Source: Solirubrobacteraceae bacterium
Lineage (GTDB): Bacteria; Actinomycetota; Thermoleophilia; Solirubrobacterales; Solirubrobacteraceae
DNA length: 64,000 nt
Direction of reading: 5' to 3'
Assembly: GCA_036498045.1 (NCBI GenBank)
Contig: DASXIJ010000017.1
Coordinates: 3,478-67,477, forward strand
Part shown: positions 29,678 to 39,990 of the stretch, in pieces
Numbering within the stretch: the first letter of the stretch is position 1
How the letters are laid out: each line of letters opens with the position of its first letter
Notes under the pieces: generated by a model
The model's input: only the letters and a program-made list of their open reading frames with translations
Told to the model about the DNA's origin: nothing
Database searches by the model: none
Made by a program: the position numbers and the translations under genes

Positions 29678-30298
29678 GTGGTCGAGGCGAAAGGCTCAGG
29701 CGACATCGGACCCGCACGCGTGGCAACCGCAGCCGACCTTGATCAGATCACCGCCACGCTCTGGGCCGCCTTCGCGAGCGACCCGCTCTGGACGTGGGCG
29801 TTCCCAGCGGCCCGCGATCTGGATGTCTGGTGGCGCTTTCTCGTCGAGGCCGCAATGCCGCACGGGTGGGTCTGGGTGCTCGGCGACCACCACGCCGTCA
29901 GCGTGTGGATCCCTCCGGGCAAGCGTGAGCTCAGCGAGGCGGACGAGCAGCGCGTGGCGCCGCTGATGCGCGAGCTGCTCGGCCCACGCGCGGACGGCGT
30001 CCTGGAGCTGCTCGATCGGTTCGACCGATCGCATCCGCACGCCGAGCAGCACTACTACCTGAGCCTGCTCGCTTCGCACCCGACGCAGCGCGGTCGCGGC
30101 TTGGGCATGCGTCTGCTCGCCGAGAACCTGGCGAAGGTCGATAAACAGTCGATGCCCGCGTATCTGGAGTCGAGCAACCCGGCCAACGTTGGCCGATACG
30201 AAGGTGTCGGCTTCACGCCGTTCGGGAGCTTCTCGACGCCTGACGACCGCCACACGGTGACGACGATGTGGCGGCCGCCGCGCGCCGACGGCGAGTGA
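29678..30298 (+). CDS. GNAT acetyltransferase (puromycin N-acetyltransferase-like)
   Basis: HYYLSLL, QRGRGLG, AYLESSN..N...Y...GF, MWRPPR. Confidence 0.88.
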   Translation: MVEAKGSGDIGPARVATAADLDQITATLWAAFASDPLWTWAFPAARDLDVWWRFLVEAAMPHGWVWVLGDHHAVSVWIPPGKRELSEADEQRVAPLMRELLGPRADGVLELLDRFDRSHPHAEQHYYLSLLASHPTQRGRGLGMRLLAENLAKVDKQSMPAYLESSNPANVGRYEGVGFTPFGSFSTPDDRHTVTTMWRPPRADGE

Positions 30299-30315
30299 TC
30301 TGAGCGCCGCCGCCG

Positions 30316-30960
30316 TCAGCGGTCGGCTTTGGCCTCGGCGATCGCGTGGACGAGCGCCGCGCGCCCGTCCTGCAGCACCGGCTCTCCATGCGACACGAGC
30401 ACGCGCTCGATCGGCAGCTCGAGCAGCGGGCGAAGCAGCTCGACCAGGCCGCGCCGGTTGACGTGCACCGATTCCAGCCAGCTCTGCGGGGCCACCTGCA
30501 GGCTCCCCCCGGGCGCCCCGATCAGGCGGTCGCCGGCGACGAGCGCGGCGGCATCTCCAAGCCAGTACATCGTCTCGCCGGCCCCTCGCAGCGGCTTCGG
30601 AACGACTCCGCGCGGAACGGCGTTCCACGCCCGTGGGGCGGTGTTGGGCTCGTAGCGCTCGGCGAGCCCCTCGCGGTCGCGCCGATGCCAGCGGATCGTC
30701 GTGAGGATGCTGACCGGACGGGCTCCGATCAGCTCGTCCAGCCAGTCCAAGAAGCCCGTACGTTCGTCCGACGGAAGCAGCGGATCGATCAATGCGACCG
30801 CGTCGGGCACTTCGTAGAGGACTGAGCCGACGTCCTGGTCCCAGTCGTCGGCGCCGCCCGGTTGCGCGTTCAGCTTCCAGTCGGGATGCGGCGCGGTCCA
30901 GCGGATCAGGCCGGGGACGATCTCCATGGCGGACAACGGCAGGTCCTCGTGAGCCTCCAC
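30316..30960 (-). CDS. Metallo-beta-lactamase-fold-like hypothetical protein
   Basis: LIDP, T..WH.RD, AGD, VSHGEP; start may be ATG 30927. Confidence 0.65.
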   Translation of the reverse strand: MEAHEDLPLSAMEIVPGLIRWTAPHPDWKLNAQPGGADDWDQDVGSVLYEVPDAVALIDPLLPSDERTGFLDWLDELIGARPVSILTTIRWHRRDREGLAERYEPNTAPRAWNAVPRGVVPKPLRGAGETMYWLGDAAALVAGDRLIGAPGGSLQVAPQSWLESVHVNRRGLVELLRPLLELPIERVLVSHGEPVLQDGRAALVHAIAEAKADR

Positions 30961-30981
30961 GCGGTCGTCGGGCGGCGTGCG

Positions 30982-31557
30982 TCAGTGGCCGATGCTGCCG
31001 GCGCGATGGCCGCGGCGTTCGCCGGCGCGGGCGAGCGGCGGGATCACCACGCGCTGGATCGCAGGCGGCGGCAGCGGCGCCAGGAGGGTGACCATGTCCC
31101 GGTAATGGTGGGCCATCACGGCGGCCTGCAGGAGACCGTCGAGGCTGCGCGGCAGCGCTCGCCGTGAGATCGCGCCCGCGCGCGAGAGCCCGGCGGCGTC
31201 TTCGAGGAACTCCTGCAGCGTCGACGGCGGCGTTGCGTGACAGACGAAATGTGCCACCTCGTTAGCGCGGTTGCGAAACGCGTGGCGCGTGCCTGGCGGG
31301 ACGTGGACCGTGTCGCCGGGACGGCTCTGCTTCCAGCTGCGCCCGGCGAGGAACTCCGGCGTGCCCTCGAGCACCTCGAAGCGCTCGTCCATCGCGGGGT
31401 GGATGTGGGGAGTCACGCCGCCGCCCGGGTCGACCCAGGTCTCGACGTGGAGCGCGTCTACGCCGTCCTCGCTCGTCCTCCAGAAGCGGCTGCGCATCCG
31501 CAGCACCGGGTCCACCGTGAGGTCGCGCGCGTCCGCCGTCTCGCCGCTGCTCGCCAT
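30982..31557 (-). CDS. Cupin-domain protein
   Basis: PHIHP.MDERFEVLEG, VPPGTRHAFRN; GGAGGA RBS. Confidence 0.88.
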   Translation of the reverse strand: MASSGETADARDLTVDPVLRMRSRFWRTSEDGVDALHVETWVDPGGGVTPHIHPAMDERFEVLEGTPEFLAGRSWKQSRPGDTVHVPPGTRHAFRNRANEVAHFVCHATPPSTLQEFLEDAAGLSRAGAISRRALPRSLDGLLQAAVMAHHYRDMVTLLAPLPPPAIQRVVIPPLARAGERRGHRAGSIGH

Positions 31558-31643
31558 CGGTTCCTCCAATCGGCCGTAACCTAGTGGTCACCAGCATATG
31601 GCGGCAGTACCATTGGCTGACCGATGCCTGGAGGGGGGATGAG

Positions 31644-31925
31644 ATGCCTCGCTATCTGATCGAGAGAGTGTGGGACGTGCAGGACGAGGAGATGGCGGCC
31701 AAGGGTCCGCTATCCAAGGAGATTCTCACCGACGAGCACTTCTCCCGCGTCGAGTGGGAGCACACTCACGTGGTGATGGGTGAGGACGGCCTGCTGCGCT
31801 CCTACTGCGTTTACTCCTCGCCCGACACGCAGTTGATCCGCGAGCATTCCAAGCGGCTCGGCGACCACAGGATCGAAGAGATCTATGAGATCGGCGGCGA
31901 CATCTCGCCGGCCGACTTCGACTGA
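31644..31925 (+). CDS. DUF4242 (SCO4226-like) small protein
   Basis: MPRYLIER, VEW, SYCVYSSP....IREH; G-rich RBS. Confidence 0.8.
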   Translation: MPRYLIERVWDVQDEEMAAKGPLSKEILTDEHFSRVEWEHTHVVMGEDGLLRSYCVYSSPDTQLIREHSKRLGDHRIEEIYEIGGDISPADFD

Positions 31926-34138
31926 TCACTCCCCGGCGGGAGATCAACGGTTGCGTGAAGCTCGGCGGTCGCCAGGACGGCCCGCCGCAGTCGCGCGCGG
32001 CGGCGGCGCTCGGCGTCGTCCTCGGGGATCAGCGCCAGCGCCTGATTGCACAGCTCGATCGCCTCGCGTGGCGCCCAGCCCCGCCCGGCCTGGTCGGCCG
32101 CGGTGATCAGCCAGTCGGCGGCGTGGGCGGCGTCGCCGGCCTCGCGCCAGTGGTGGGCGAGGACCGCCGCGTAGGGGGCGGGATCCCCGGCGGACTGTTC
32201 GATAAAGCGCGCGACCACCTCGTGTCGCTCGCGACGGGCGGCCTTCGGCAGCGTGTCGTAGGCGACCTCGCGGACGAGGCTGTGCTTGAACACCAGCTCT
32301 TGATCGCCTCCGATTCGCGAGGTCGGGCTGCGGCGAAGCAGCCCGCGGCGCTCGAGCGCGACGAGAGCATCCGCGATCCGATCGCCGCTGCCTAGCGCTT
32401 CGAGCGTCCCCTGCCAGAAGAAGTCGCCGACGACCGACGCGTCGAGGATCACTTGGCGCTCGGGCGCCGGCAGCTGGTCGAGGCGGGCCGCGATGATCGT
32501 CTTGACGTTCGTCGGAGCGCCGGCGCTGTCGCGAGCGTCGCCCTCTGAGCCCCACGCGGCCAGTTCCTCGATGAACAGCGGGTTGCCGGCGGCGGCCTCC
32601 TCGACCCGCTTGACGACTGCCTCCCGGTCGGGACCGTCGGAAAGCAGGAGGCGCACGAGGTCCCCGGCACATCCGTCGGTCAGCGCCTGAAGCTGCACCG
32701 TGACGTTGGTTGGCACGCGGGCCCAGCTCGGCCGCGCGTCGAGAAACTCCGGGCGCGCGAGCGCGACCACGAACAGCGGCACGTCGGCCATCCGCGACGG
32801 GAGCCCCTCTACTAGTTCCAGAAGGCTGTCATCGGCGCAGTGCAGGTCCTCGAGCACCAGCACCGTCGGCTGCTCGAGCGCCAGCGCCTCCAGAAACCGT
32901 TGTGCGGAGACGAACAGCGCTTGGCGGTCCTCGGCGGTGTCCTCGGCCAGGCGTGCGAGGATCGACAGATGCGCCGCCAGCTCGTTGGACTCGCTCTCCG
33001 CGAACAGCGACGCGACCCGGTCGTGGAGCTTGCCGCTGGCAATGTCGGCCGAGTCGGTCGCGAGGATCGCGGCCGCATCGCGGATCACCTGTGCGAGCGC
33101 CCAGTACGCCGTGCGTTCGCCGTACGGAAGCGGACGCCCTCTGAGCGTGCGCCCGCCAGAGCCGTGCACGTGCGCGCTGAACTCCAGCGTCAGCCGCGTC
33201 TTGCCCATTCCCGCAGGTCCGACGATCGTGACCAGCTGGGGCTGTGACTCGTTGCGCACGCGGTTCCACGTTCGCTGAAGCAGCTCGAGCTCGGCGTCGC
33301 GTCCGACGAATGGCGTCGCCGAAATGGGTCGGTCTGCCGGGCTGGATGTCGCCGCGCGCGCGAGCCAGACCGGCAGCGGCTGCTCCTTGCCCTTCGCCGA
33401 GATCGGTTGCGCCGCGTCGTAGGAGATCGCTCGCGCGCTGGCAGCGTGGGTCTGCTCGCCGACGAGGATCGCCCCAGGAGCAGCTGCCCCCTGCAGCCGT
33501 GCCGCCGTGTTGACCACGTCACCCATCACGGTCATCTCTCGGCGGCTGTCGGGTCCGACGCGGGCGAACATCACCTCGCCCGTGTTGACGCCGACGCTCA
33601 CGCGCAGGCCGCTGAAGTCATCGAGGTGCGTCGACGCTCGGCTCTGGATCTCGAGCGCTGCACGCACCGCCCGCTCGGCATCGTCCTCGTGCGCGAGCGG
33701 CGCCCCGAACACGGCCATCAGCGCGTCGCCCATCACCTTGTCGACCGAGCCGCCGAAGCGCTCGACGACCTCGCCCATCTCGCTCATCCGGCGGTCGACC
33801 ATCGCGCGAACGTCCTCCGGATCGGCGTGCTCGGAGAGCGCCGTGAAGCCGGACAGATCGGCGAACAAGACCGTCACCCAACGTCGCTCGCCGTCGCTGC
33901 CGCTGACGCCGCCCGACGCGCTGACGCCGCCAGCGCTGACGCCATCCGACGGCGACACCGGCGACGAGGCACCCGCGTCAAGCGCGGCGCCACACGCCCC
34001 ACAGAACCTGAAGCCCGGTGGGTTGTCCGTACCGCACTTCGCGCACACACGGCCAAGGGCCGAGCCGCACTGCCCGCAGAAGCGCTGCGCGAAGTCGTTT
34101 GACTGCCCGCAGGCTGGGCACACAGCCGTCTCGGTCAA
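31883..34138 (-). CDS. Double zinc ribbon + class III adenylate/guanylate cyclase + AAA ATPase protein
   Basis: CPACG..FCGQCG twice, [44 protein letters not shown]; TTG 34138 after AGGAG. Confidence 0.9.
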   Translation of the reverse strand: MTETAVCPACGQSNDFAQRFCGQCGSALGRVCAKCGTDNPPGFRFCGACGAALDAGASSPVSPSDGVSAGGVSASGGVSGSDGERRWVTVLFADLSGFTALSEHADPEDVRAMVDRRMSEMGEVVERFGGSVDKVMGDALMAVFGAPLAHEDDAERAVRAALEIQSRASTHLDDFSGLRVSVGVNTGEVMFARVGPDSRREMTVMGDVVNTAARLQGAAAPGAILVGEQTHAASARAISYDAAQPISAKGKEQPLPVWLARAATSSPADRPISATPFVGRDAELELLQRTWNRVRNESQPQLVTIVGPAGMGKTRLTLEFSAHVHGSGGRTLRGRPLPYGERTAYWALAQVIRDAAAILATDSADIASGKLHDRVASLFAESESNELAAHLSILARLAEDTAEDRQALFVSAQRFLEALALEQPTVLVLEDLHCADDSLLELVEGLPSRMADVPLFVVALARPEFLDARPSWARVPTNVTVQLQALTDGCAGDLVRLLLSDGPDREAVVKRVEEAAAGNPLFIEELAAWGSEGDARDSAGAPTNVKTIIAARLDQLPAPERQVILDASVVGDFFWQGTLEALGSGDRIADALVALERRGLLRRSPTSRIGGDQELVFKHSLVREVAYDTLPKAARRERHEVVARFIEQSAGDPAPYAAVLAHHWREAGDAAHAADWLITAADQAGRGWAPREAIELCNQALALIPEDDAERRRRARLRRAVLATAELHATVDLPPGSDQSKSAGEMSPPIS

Positions 34139-34436
34139 CTCCGATCTCCTAACGGCGCGGCGGCCTGACGCGCCGCGGCCCACCGCCGCTTTCGCGACCG
34201 GTGATCGCGTCAGGTGCTCGAGGAACGCTCCTCCGAACGCCGTGCCCGATCGCGTACGACGGCATGTGATGGATGCTACGCGATCGCTGCGGCCGAACCT
34301 GCTCGATGAGCGCGTGCGCGCTTCTGCTACGTTGAGCGTTCAAGCTGGGCGATACGCCCAACATCGTTGTGCGCGCGCTCGTAGCCTTTGCTCAGCAATC
34401 TCCGCGTCCGCAGCACTACCGACGCAGGAGGAAAGA

Positions 34437-34640
34437 ATGGCTACTGGAACTGTCAAGTGGTTCAGCGACGACAAGGGTTTCGGGTTCATCACGCCTGACG
34501 ATGATTCGAAGGACCTGTTCGCCCATCACAGCGCGATCGTCGGGTCGGGCTTTCGCTCGCTCGCCGAGGGCGCCAAGGTGTCCTATGACGCCGAGGCCGG
34601 CGACAAGGGCCCGAAGGCCGTAAACATCCAGCCCGTCTAG
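34437..34640 (+). CDS. Cold-shock protein (CspA family)
   Basis: [33 protein letters not shown]; AGGAGG RBS. Confidence 0.97.
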   Translation: MATGTVKWFSDDKGFGFITPDDDSKDLFAHHSAIVGSGFRSLAEGAKVSYDAEAGDKGPKAVNIQPV

Positions 34641-34681
34641 GCAGGCTGTTCGCGAACTTCGCGGAAGATCGGGGTCGATAG

Positions 34682-34987
34682 ATGGGGTCGAGCGGCAAGA
34701 AGAAGACGACGATGGCCAAGCTCATGCGCGAGAGCAGGCTCCGCGAGCGCCGGCTCGACAAGCAGGCGCGCAAGGACGCGCGCAAGCGGGCCGCCGCCGA
34801 CGGCTCGACATGGATCGGTGAGCCCCTGGACGCCGACGGAATGCCGATCGAGCCGGGCGCCGGCGCGCAGACCGATGTCGAGCCGGACGCCGCCGGGCAG
34901 CCGGACGCAGAGCCGATCGACCCGGACGCGGCCCAGCAGCCCGACCCCGAGCCGCTCGCTCCGACCTCCGCGACCGCCCGGCCGTAG
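34682..34987 (+). CDS. Hypothetical basic/acidic disordered protein
   Basis: KKKTTMAKLMRE..LRERR..KQARK basic helix, then acidic Pro-rich repeats. Confidence 0.65.
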   Translation: MGSSGKKKTTMAKLMRESRLRERRLDKQARKDARKRAAADGSTWIGEPLDADGMPIEPGAGAQTDVEPDAAGQPDAEPIDPDAAQQPDPEPLAPTSATARP

Positions 34988-35092
34988 CCCCGCGCGGTCG
35001 CGGCGCCTACGCTCTCTTCCCTGCTGCTTTCTCGAGCGCCGGGCGCTTGAGACTCCGCAATTTCCGTGCCCTGCTTGACATAGGAGCAACCG

Positions 35093-35584
35093 ATGAGCGA
35101 CGCGCCGCGGATCTTCAACGAGCTGACGGGCGAGCTCGACTACTCGATGCTGATCGTGACCGCCGCGGCGGGCGGTGAGACGGCCGGCTGCCTGGTCGGC
35201 TTTGCGACGCAGTGCAGCATCCACCCGCCCCGCTTCCTAGTGTGCATCTCCGACAAGAACCACACGCTGGGCATCGCCGAGCGCAGCGAAGCGCTACTCG
35301 TGCATTTCGTGCAGGAGGGCGCCGACGAGCTCGTCGAGCTGTTCGGCTCGCAGACGGGCGACGAGATCGACAAGTTCGCTCGCGCGCGCTGGCACGCCGG
35401 TCCTCGCGGCCTGCCCGTGCTCGACGATTGCCCGCGGTGGTTTGCGGGGCTGATCCTCGAGCGAGTGGATCTCGGCGATCACCTCGGGTTCGTGCTCGAG
35501 CCGTTCGCCGCTGAGCGACGCGGCGGCGCCGAGCCGTTCCTGTTTCATCGCGCGAAGCGGATCGAGCCGGGCCACCCGGCGTGA
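35093..35584 (+). CDS. Flavin reductase-like protein
   Basis: GCLVGFATQCSI.PP, FGSQTG...DKF, GDH; AGGAG RBS. Confidence 0.88.
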   Translation: MSDAPRIFNELTGELDYSMLIVTAAAGGETAGCLVGFATQCSIHPPRFLVCISDKNHTLGIAERSEALLVHFVQEGADELVELFGSQTGDEIDKFARARWHAGPRGLPVLDDCPRWFAGLILERVDLGDHLGFVLEPFAAERRGGAEPFLFHRAKRIEPGHPA

Positions 35585-35617
35585 TCGTGTCGCCGCCGCT
35601 CTTGCGGCCTAGACTTC

Positions 35618-37114
35618 GTGATCGTGCAACCTCCGTCCACGCAGTACGTCGAGCGTGACGGCGTCTCGATCGCCTACCAGGTGGTCGGGGACGGCCCGGT
35701 CGACCTGCTGCTCTCACCCGGCTTCATCTCGCACCTGGATCTGGCATGGACCGATCCGGGAACGTCGCGGTTGCTCGCGCGTCTGGCGTCGTTCTCGCGG
35801 CTGATTCTCTATGACAAGCCGGGAACAGGGCTGTCGGACCCGATTCCCCACCTGCCGACGCTCGAGGAGCGCGGCGCCGACATCGAGGCCGTGCTCGATG
35901 CCGCCGGCTCTGAGCGCGCGGTGCTGTTCGGCGTCTCCGAGGGGGGGCCGACGGCGGTCGTGTTCGCCGCCACGCGCCCTGAGCGCGTCGCCTCGCTGAT
36001 CCTGTACGGGACGTTTGCGGTGCTTCCGTGGGGTGCCCCCGAGGCCTATTCGCCCGAGGTCCTCGAGCGCTTCACCGCAGACGCCGGGGACGTCCGCGAC
36101 GCGATCAAGCATTGGGGCGACGGCGCCCGGCTCGCGCGGGTCTTCGCCCCGAGCCTCGGCGAACGCCAGATGCGGATCTGGGGCACGTTCGCGCGCGCGT
36201 CCGCCAGCCCGCGGATGGCCGACGCGCTGATCCGCACGGTCATGCAGATCGACGTGCGCGACGTCCTTGGCTCCGTGCACGTGCCCACGCTCGTCCTTCA
36301 TCTCGAGGGAGACCGCCCAATTCCGGTCGAGGCCGGGCGACTGCTCGCCGCCGGGATCACCGGAGCGCAGTTCGTCACCTTCCCGGGCACCGACCACGTC
36401 TTCTGGCTGGGGCAGATGCGAGCGCGCGCCGACGAGATCCTGGACGAAATCGAGGGGTTCGTCACCGGCGCGGTCCACGCGGCCGCTCCCGACAGGGTCC
36501 TGACGAGCTTGATGTTCACCGACATCGTCGGCTCGACGAGCCGGGCGGCCGAGCTCGGCGACGGTGCCTGGCGCGAGCTGCTCGAGCGCCACGACGCGCT
36601 CGTTCAGAGCGTCGTCAACGAGCACGGCGGTCGCGTCGTCAAGCACATCGGCGACGGCGCGTTGTCGGCGTTCGACGGGCCGGCGACCGCGATGCGGTGC
36701 GCTGAGTCGCTGCGTCAGCTCGTCGCCGAGCTTGGAATCGAGCTGCGCAGCGGGATCCACACGGGCGAGTGCGAGGCGATCGGCGACGACCTCGGCGGCC
36801 TGGCGGTCCACATCGGCGCTCGCGTGAGCGCGCTGGCGCGTCCGGGCGAGATCGTCGTGTCGTCCACCGTCAAGGAGCTCGTCGTCGGCTCGGGCATGCA
36901 GTTCAGCGACCGCGGCGAGCACGAGCTGAAGGGCGTGCCCGGCTCGTGGCGCCTGTACGCCCTGGGCGAGGAGCGCGCGCCACGCGCCGAGCTCGACGGG
37001 GCCGCGGCGCACATGCGCCCGTCCGATCGCGTCGCCGTTGCGCTCGCGCGCCGGGTGCCGCGGGCGATGCGATTGGCCGGTCAGCTCGCGAGCCGCCGGC
37101 CGTCTCCGGCTTAG
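35618..37114 (+). CDS. Alpha/beta-hydrolase + class III adenylate cyclase fusion (LipJ-like)
   Basis: IAYQVVGDGP, GVSEGG; MFTDIVGST, GDG, GIHTGE, VHIGARV, LKGVPG. Confidence 0.92.
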   Translation: MIVQPPSTQYVERDGVSIAYQVVGDGPVDLLLSPGFISHLDLAWTDPGTSRLLARLASFSRLILYDKPGTGLSDPIPHLPTLEERGADIEAVLDAAGSERAVLFGVSEGGPTAVVFAATRPERVASLILYGTFAVLPWGAPEAYSPEVLERFTADAGDVRDAIKHWGDGARLARVFAPSLGERQMRIWGTFARASASPRMADALIRTVMQIDVRDVLGSVHVPTLVLHLEGDRPIPVEAGRLLAAGITGAQFVTFPGTDHVFWLGQMRARADEILDEIEGFVTGAVHAAAPDRVLTSLMFTDIVGSTSRAAELGDGAWRELLERHDALVQSVVNEHGGRVVKHIGDGALSAFDGPATAMRCAESLRQLVAELGIELRSGIHTGECEAIGDDLGGLAVHIGARVSALARPGEIVVSSTVKELVVGSGMQFSDRGEHELKGVPGSWRLYALGEERAPRAELDGAAAHMRPSDRVAVALARRVPRAMRLAGQLASRRPSPA

Positions 37115-37183
37115 GTCTTGCGCGACGCGCCGTCGCCCCGATGAGGCTGCGGCGCGTCACATGTCCGCGTCGAGCGGTATCGG

Positions 37184-38644
37184 TCAGGCCCCGCCGGCGA
37201 ACGCCGCGTCGACGATCGCCTGAGCCGTCGGCCCGTACGGCGGCGCGAAGGCCTCGATCATGTCGCCCTCGCCGCGGATGAACACGCCACGGGGGTTTGA
37301 GAACTCGCGGAAGCCGTCAATCCCGTGGTGTCGCCCGGACCCGCTCTGGCCGATCCCGCCGAACGGCAACGACGCCAACGCGCCGTGCGCCGCCACCGAA
37401 TTAACGCACGCGCCCCCGGACGTCGTGCGGCGCAGGACGTCTGCGCCGAGCTGCTCGTCCTTGGTGAACACGTACAGCGCGAGCGGGCGCTCCCCGGCGT
37501 TGACGTACTCGACCGCTTCGTCGAGCGAGTCGTAGGCCTTGATCGGAAGGATCGGCCCGAAGATCTCCTCCCGCATCAGAGCGAGATCGTCCGGCGGGTC
37601 GATCACGAGCGAGATCGGCAACTGCCGCGTGTTCGGATCGAGCTCGTCGGGCTCCTCCAGTCCACGAACGTCACAACCGCGCGCCCGCGCGTCCTCGAGC
37701 ATCGCTTCGATCCGCAGCATGTGGCGGGCTGAGATGATCCCGGTGCAGCTCGATGATTGGCAGTAGCCGGGCATCGATTCCCGTGCGTACTCCGCCGCGA
37801 GCGCCGCGAAGTCCTCCAGGCGCGCCCTCGGCACGAGGCAGTAGTCGACCGAGATGCACATCTGGCCGTTCTTGATCGCCTTCGCGCCGATCACCTGCTT
37901 GATCGACTCGGCGTCGATGCTGTCGTCGGAGATGATCGCCGGGCACTTGCCGCCGAGCTCGAGCGTGACCGGTACCAGCTGCTCGGCAGCGGCCATCGCG
38001 ATCTCGCGGCCGATCGCCGGGCTGCCGGTGTACAGCAGGTGGTCCCAGCGAACGCTCGTGAACGCGCGCGCCAGCGCCAACCCGCCGACGGCCACGTCCA
38101 CCCGATCGCGATCGAACGTCTCGTGGACCATCTCGCGCAACAGCGCCGCGCACGCCGGCGTGTAATCCGACGGCTTGATCACCACGCGGTTGCCGGCGGC
38201 GAGCATCTCGATCAGCGGACCGACAGAGAGGTCGAAGGGAAAGTTCCACGGAACGATGTTGCCGATGACGCCCTTCGGCTGCGGCTGGACGAAGGCGCGC
38301 CCCGAGCCGTACAGCGCGGGGTCGGCGGCGCGCGGCTCGCTGGCCATCCAGCTCTCCAGCTGTTCGGCCGCGAACACGGCCCGGCCGGCCGGGCCGAGAA
38401 CTTCGATCAGGTCGGCGGCGATCGCCGGGTGAATGCCGAAGTCGTTGCTCAGCGCGTCTTGGATCTGCGTGCGATTGGCGATCAGCATCCCGGCGAGCGC
38501 GCCGAGCAGGCCTTGGCGCTCCTGCAGCGAGGGGAACGGGTCGGCGAGAAAGGCCGCGCGCTGGCGCTCGACGATCTCGTGCAGCTCAGCGATCGCGGCG
38601 TCGTCGTCGATCGCGTCGGGCGTGCGTTGCTCGATGGTTGCCAT
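37184..38644 (-). CDS. Aldehyde dehydrogenase (coniferyl-aldehyde-dehydrogenase-like)
   Basis: PWNFP, YTGS, TLELGGK, NGQMCIS, EEIFGP, PFGGIG.SG. Confidence 0.93.
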   Translation of the reverse strand: MATIEQRTPDAIDDDAAIAELHEIVERQRAAFLADPFPSLQERQGLLGALAGMLIANRTQIQDALSNDFGIHPAIAADLIEVLGPAGRAVFAAEQLESWMASEPRAADPALYGSGRAFVQPQPKGVIGNIVPWNFPFDLSVGPLIEMLAAGNRVVIKPSDYTPACAALLREMVHETFDRDRVDVAVGGLALARAFTSVRWDHLLYTGSPAIGREIAMAAAEQLVPVTLELGGKCPAIISDDSIDAESIKQVIGAKAIKNGQMCISVDYCLVPRARLEDFAALAAEYARESMPGYCQSSSCTGIISARHMLRIEAMLEDARARGCDVRGLEEPDELDPNTRQLPISLVIDPPDDLALMREEIFGPILPIKAYDSLDEAVEYVNAGERPLALYVFTKDEQLGADVLRRTTSGGACVNSVAAHGALASLPFGGIGQSGSGRHHGIDGFREFSNPRGVFIRGEGDMIEAFAPPYGPTAQAIVDAAFAGGA

Positions 38645-38735
38645 CCTCTTCTCCTCCGGCTCGTTGAGTGCCTTGCACAGTACGCCCGCGAGCCGTCCCG
38701 CGCTGTGAGATTCGCTCGCTCGGAGGCGCTGCTGG

Positions 38736-39896
38736 TCAGCCCCGCGGATAGCCGGCGAAGCTCGCCCAGGCGCGGTTGACCGTGTAGCGCCCGCCGGCGC
38801 TGACGTCGAGGATCACCACGGGCGGGTTGACCCGGTTGCCGCTCGACGGGAGGATCGTCGTCGTTCCGGTCACGCCGCGAAAGCCGCGCGTGTGCCCCAA
38901 CGCGCCGAGCAGCTTCGGCCCGCTGAAGCGGTGCGTGCGCTGAACGGCGGAGACGAGCATGCCGAGCGAGTCGTAAGCAAACGCGCCCCAGGTCCCGGGG
39001 CTCTGGTGAAAGCGCGTGCGATAAGCGCGCGTGTAGGACCTGCCGCCGGGAAGCTGGGTGCCGCTGGGGACGCCGCTGTTCAGGCAGCGCGCCGCCGCCG
39101 CGCCCGCGGCGCCGACGAAGCTCGGCCCCTGAGCGGCGAGGTCGACGAAGCAGCGCCCGTAGGAGTGCGGCGTCGTGGCGATGCGCGCGGCGATCGCGCC
39201 GCCCTGCGGTCCGTACATCGCCAGGTAGGTCACGTCCGGGCGCGCGGATGCGACCGTCTGCAGAGCCTGTTCGACCTGTGCGCTGCCTGCCATTGGATCG
39301 AGCGCCGTTTTCACCGGCACCGCGACCCCAGCGCCCGCGAGCGAGCCAGCGAGCTGCGTGGCGATCGCGGCGGTGTACGTGGACGGGTCGTAGAGCACCG
39401 CCACGCTGTGGGCGTGCAGGACGCCGGTCAGCTCCGCCTGCTCGACGGGCGCGATCTGGGTGACCATCGGCTGCGTCGTCACCCCGAACCCTTCGGTCGC
39501 GCTCGCCGACGTCAGGCGCAGGATCGGCACGCCGGCCGAGCGGTAGATCGGCAGCGCCTGAAGACCGACGGATGAGTTGAACGGGCCGATCACCGCGCCT
39601 ATGCCCCCGCGCACGAGCCGACGGGCAACGCTCGCTCCCGTTGTCGGGTCGGCGCGATCATCGCCCGCCACGAGCACTACGCGTCGCCCGAGCACGCCGC
39701 CGCCGGCGTTGACCTGCGCTGCCGCCAGTTGCGCTCCGTGCAGCATGTCCAGACCCGTCGACGCTTCCGGCCCCGACATCGGGCCGGTCACGCCGATTCG
39801 AACGACGCGCGCTGCAGTCGCGGACGGCGCGAGCGTCAGCGCGCCGCTTGCTGCGGACGCGATGATCGAGGCGGCTAGCAGCGCATAGCGTCGGAT
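38736..39896 (-). CDS. Branched-chain amino acid ABC-type substrate-binding protein (orphan)
   Basis: RIGV.GPMSG, NAGGGVLGR, DD..DP, IGPFNSS, AYD, GVTG; frame extends upstream of GTG 39791 through a signal peptide to ATC 39896. Confidence 0.85.
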   Translation of the reverse strand: MRRYALLAASIIASAASGALTLAPSATAARVVRIGVTGPMSGPEASTGLDMLHGAQLAAAQVNAGGGVLGRRVVLVAGDDRADPTTGASVARRLVRGGIGAVIGPFNSSVGLQALPIYRSAGVPILRLTSASATEGFGVTTQPMVTQIAPVEQAELTGVLHAHSVAVLYDPSTYTAAIATQLAGSLAGAGVAVPVKTALDPMAGSAQVEQALQTVASARPDVTYLAMYGPQGGAIAARIATTPHSYGRCFVDLAAQGPSFVGAAGAAAARCLNSGVPSGTQLPGGRSYTRAYRTRFHQSPGTWGAFAYDSLGMLVSAVQRTHRFSGPKLLGALGHTRGFRGVTGTTTILPSSGNRVNPPVVILDVSAGGRYTVNRAWASFAGYPRG

Positions 39897-39990
39897 GGGC
39901 CGACCCTATAGGAACGAGTGGCGCCGCAGTCGACGATCCGCGCGACCGGCGGTGGTCGCTCGGCCACGGCCGCGTAACCTGGGTCTCGAG

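Noticed and set aside
33507-34436. 377-aa ORF apparently fusing a long N-terminus to the cold-shock domain
   Set aside because: The extension is antisense to the cyclase gene; csp has its own AGGAGG RBS and ATG at 34437
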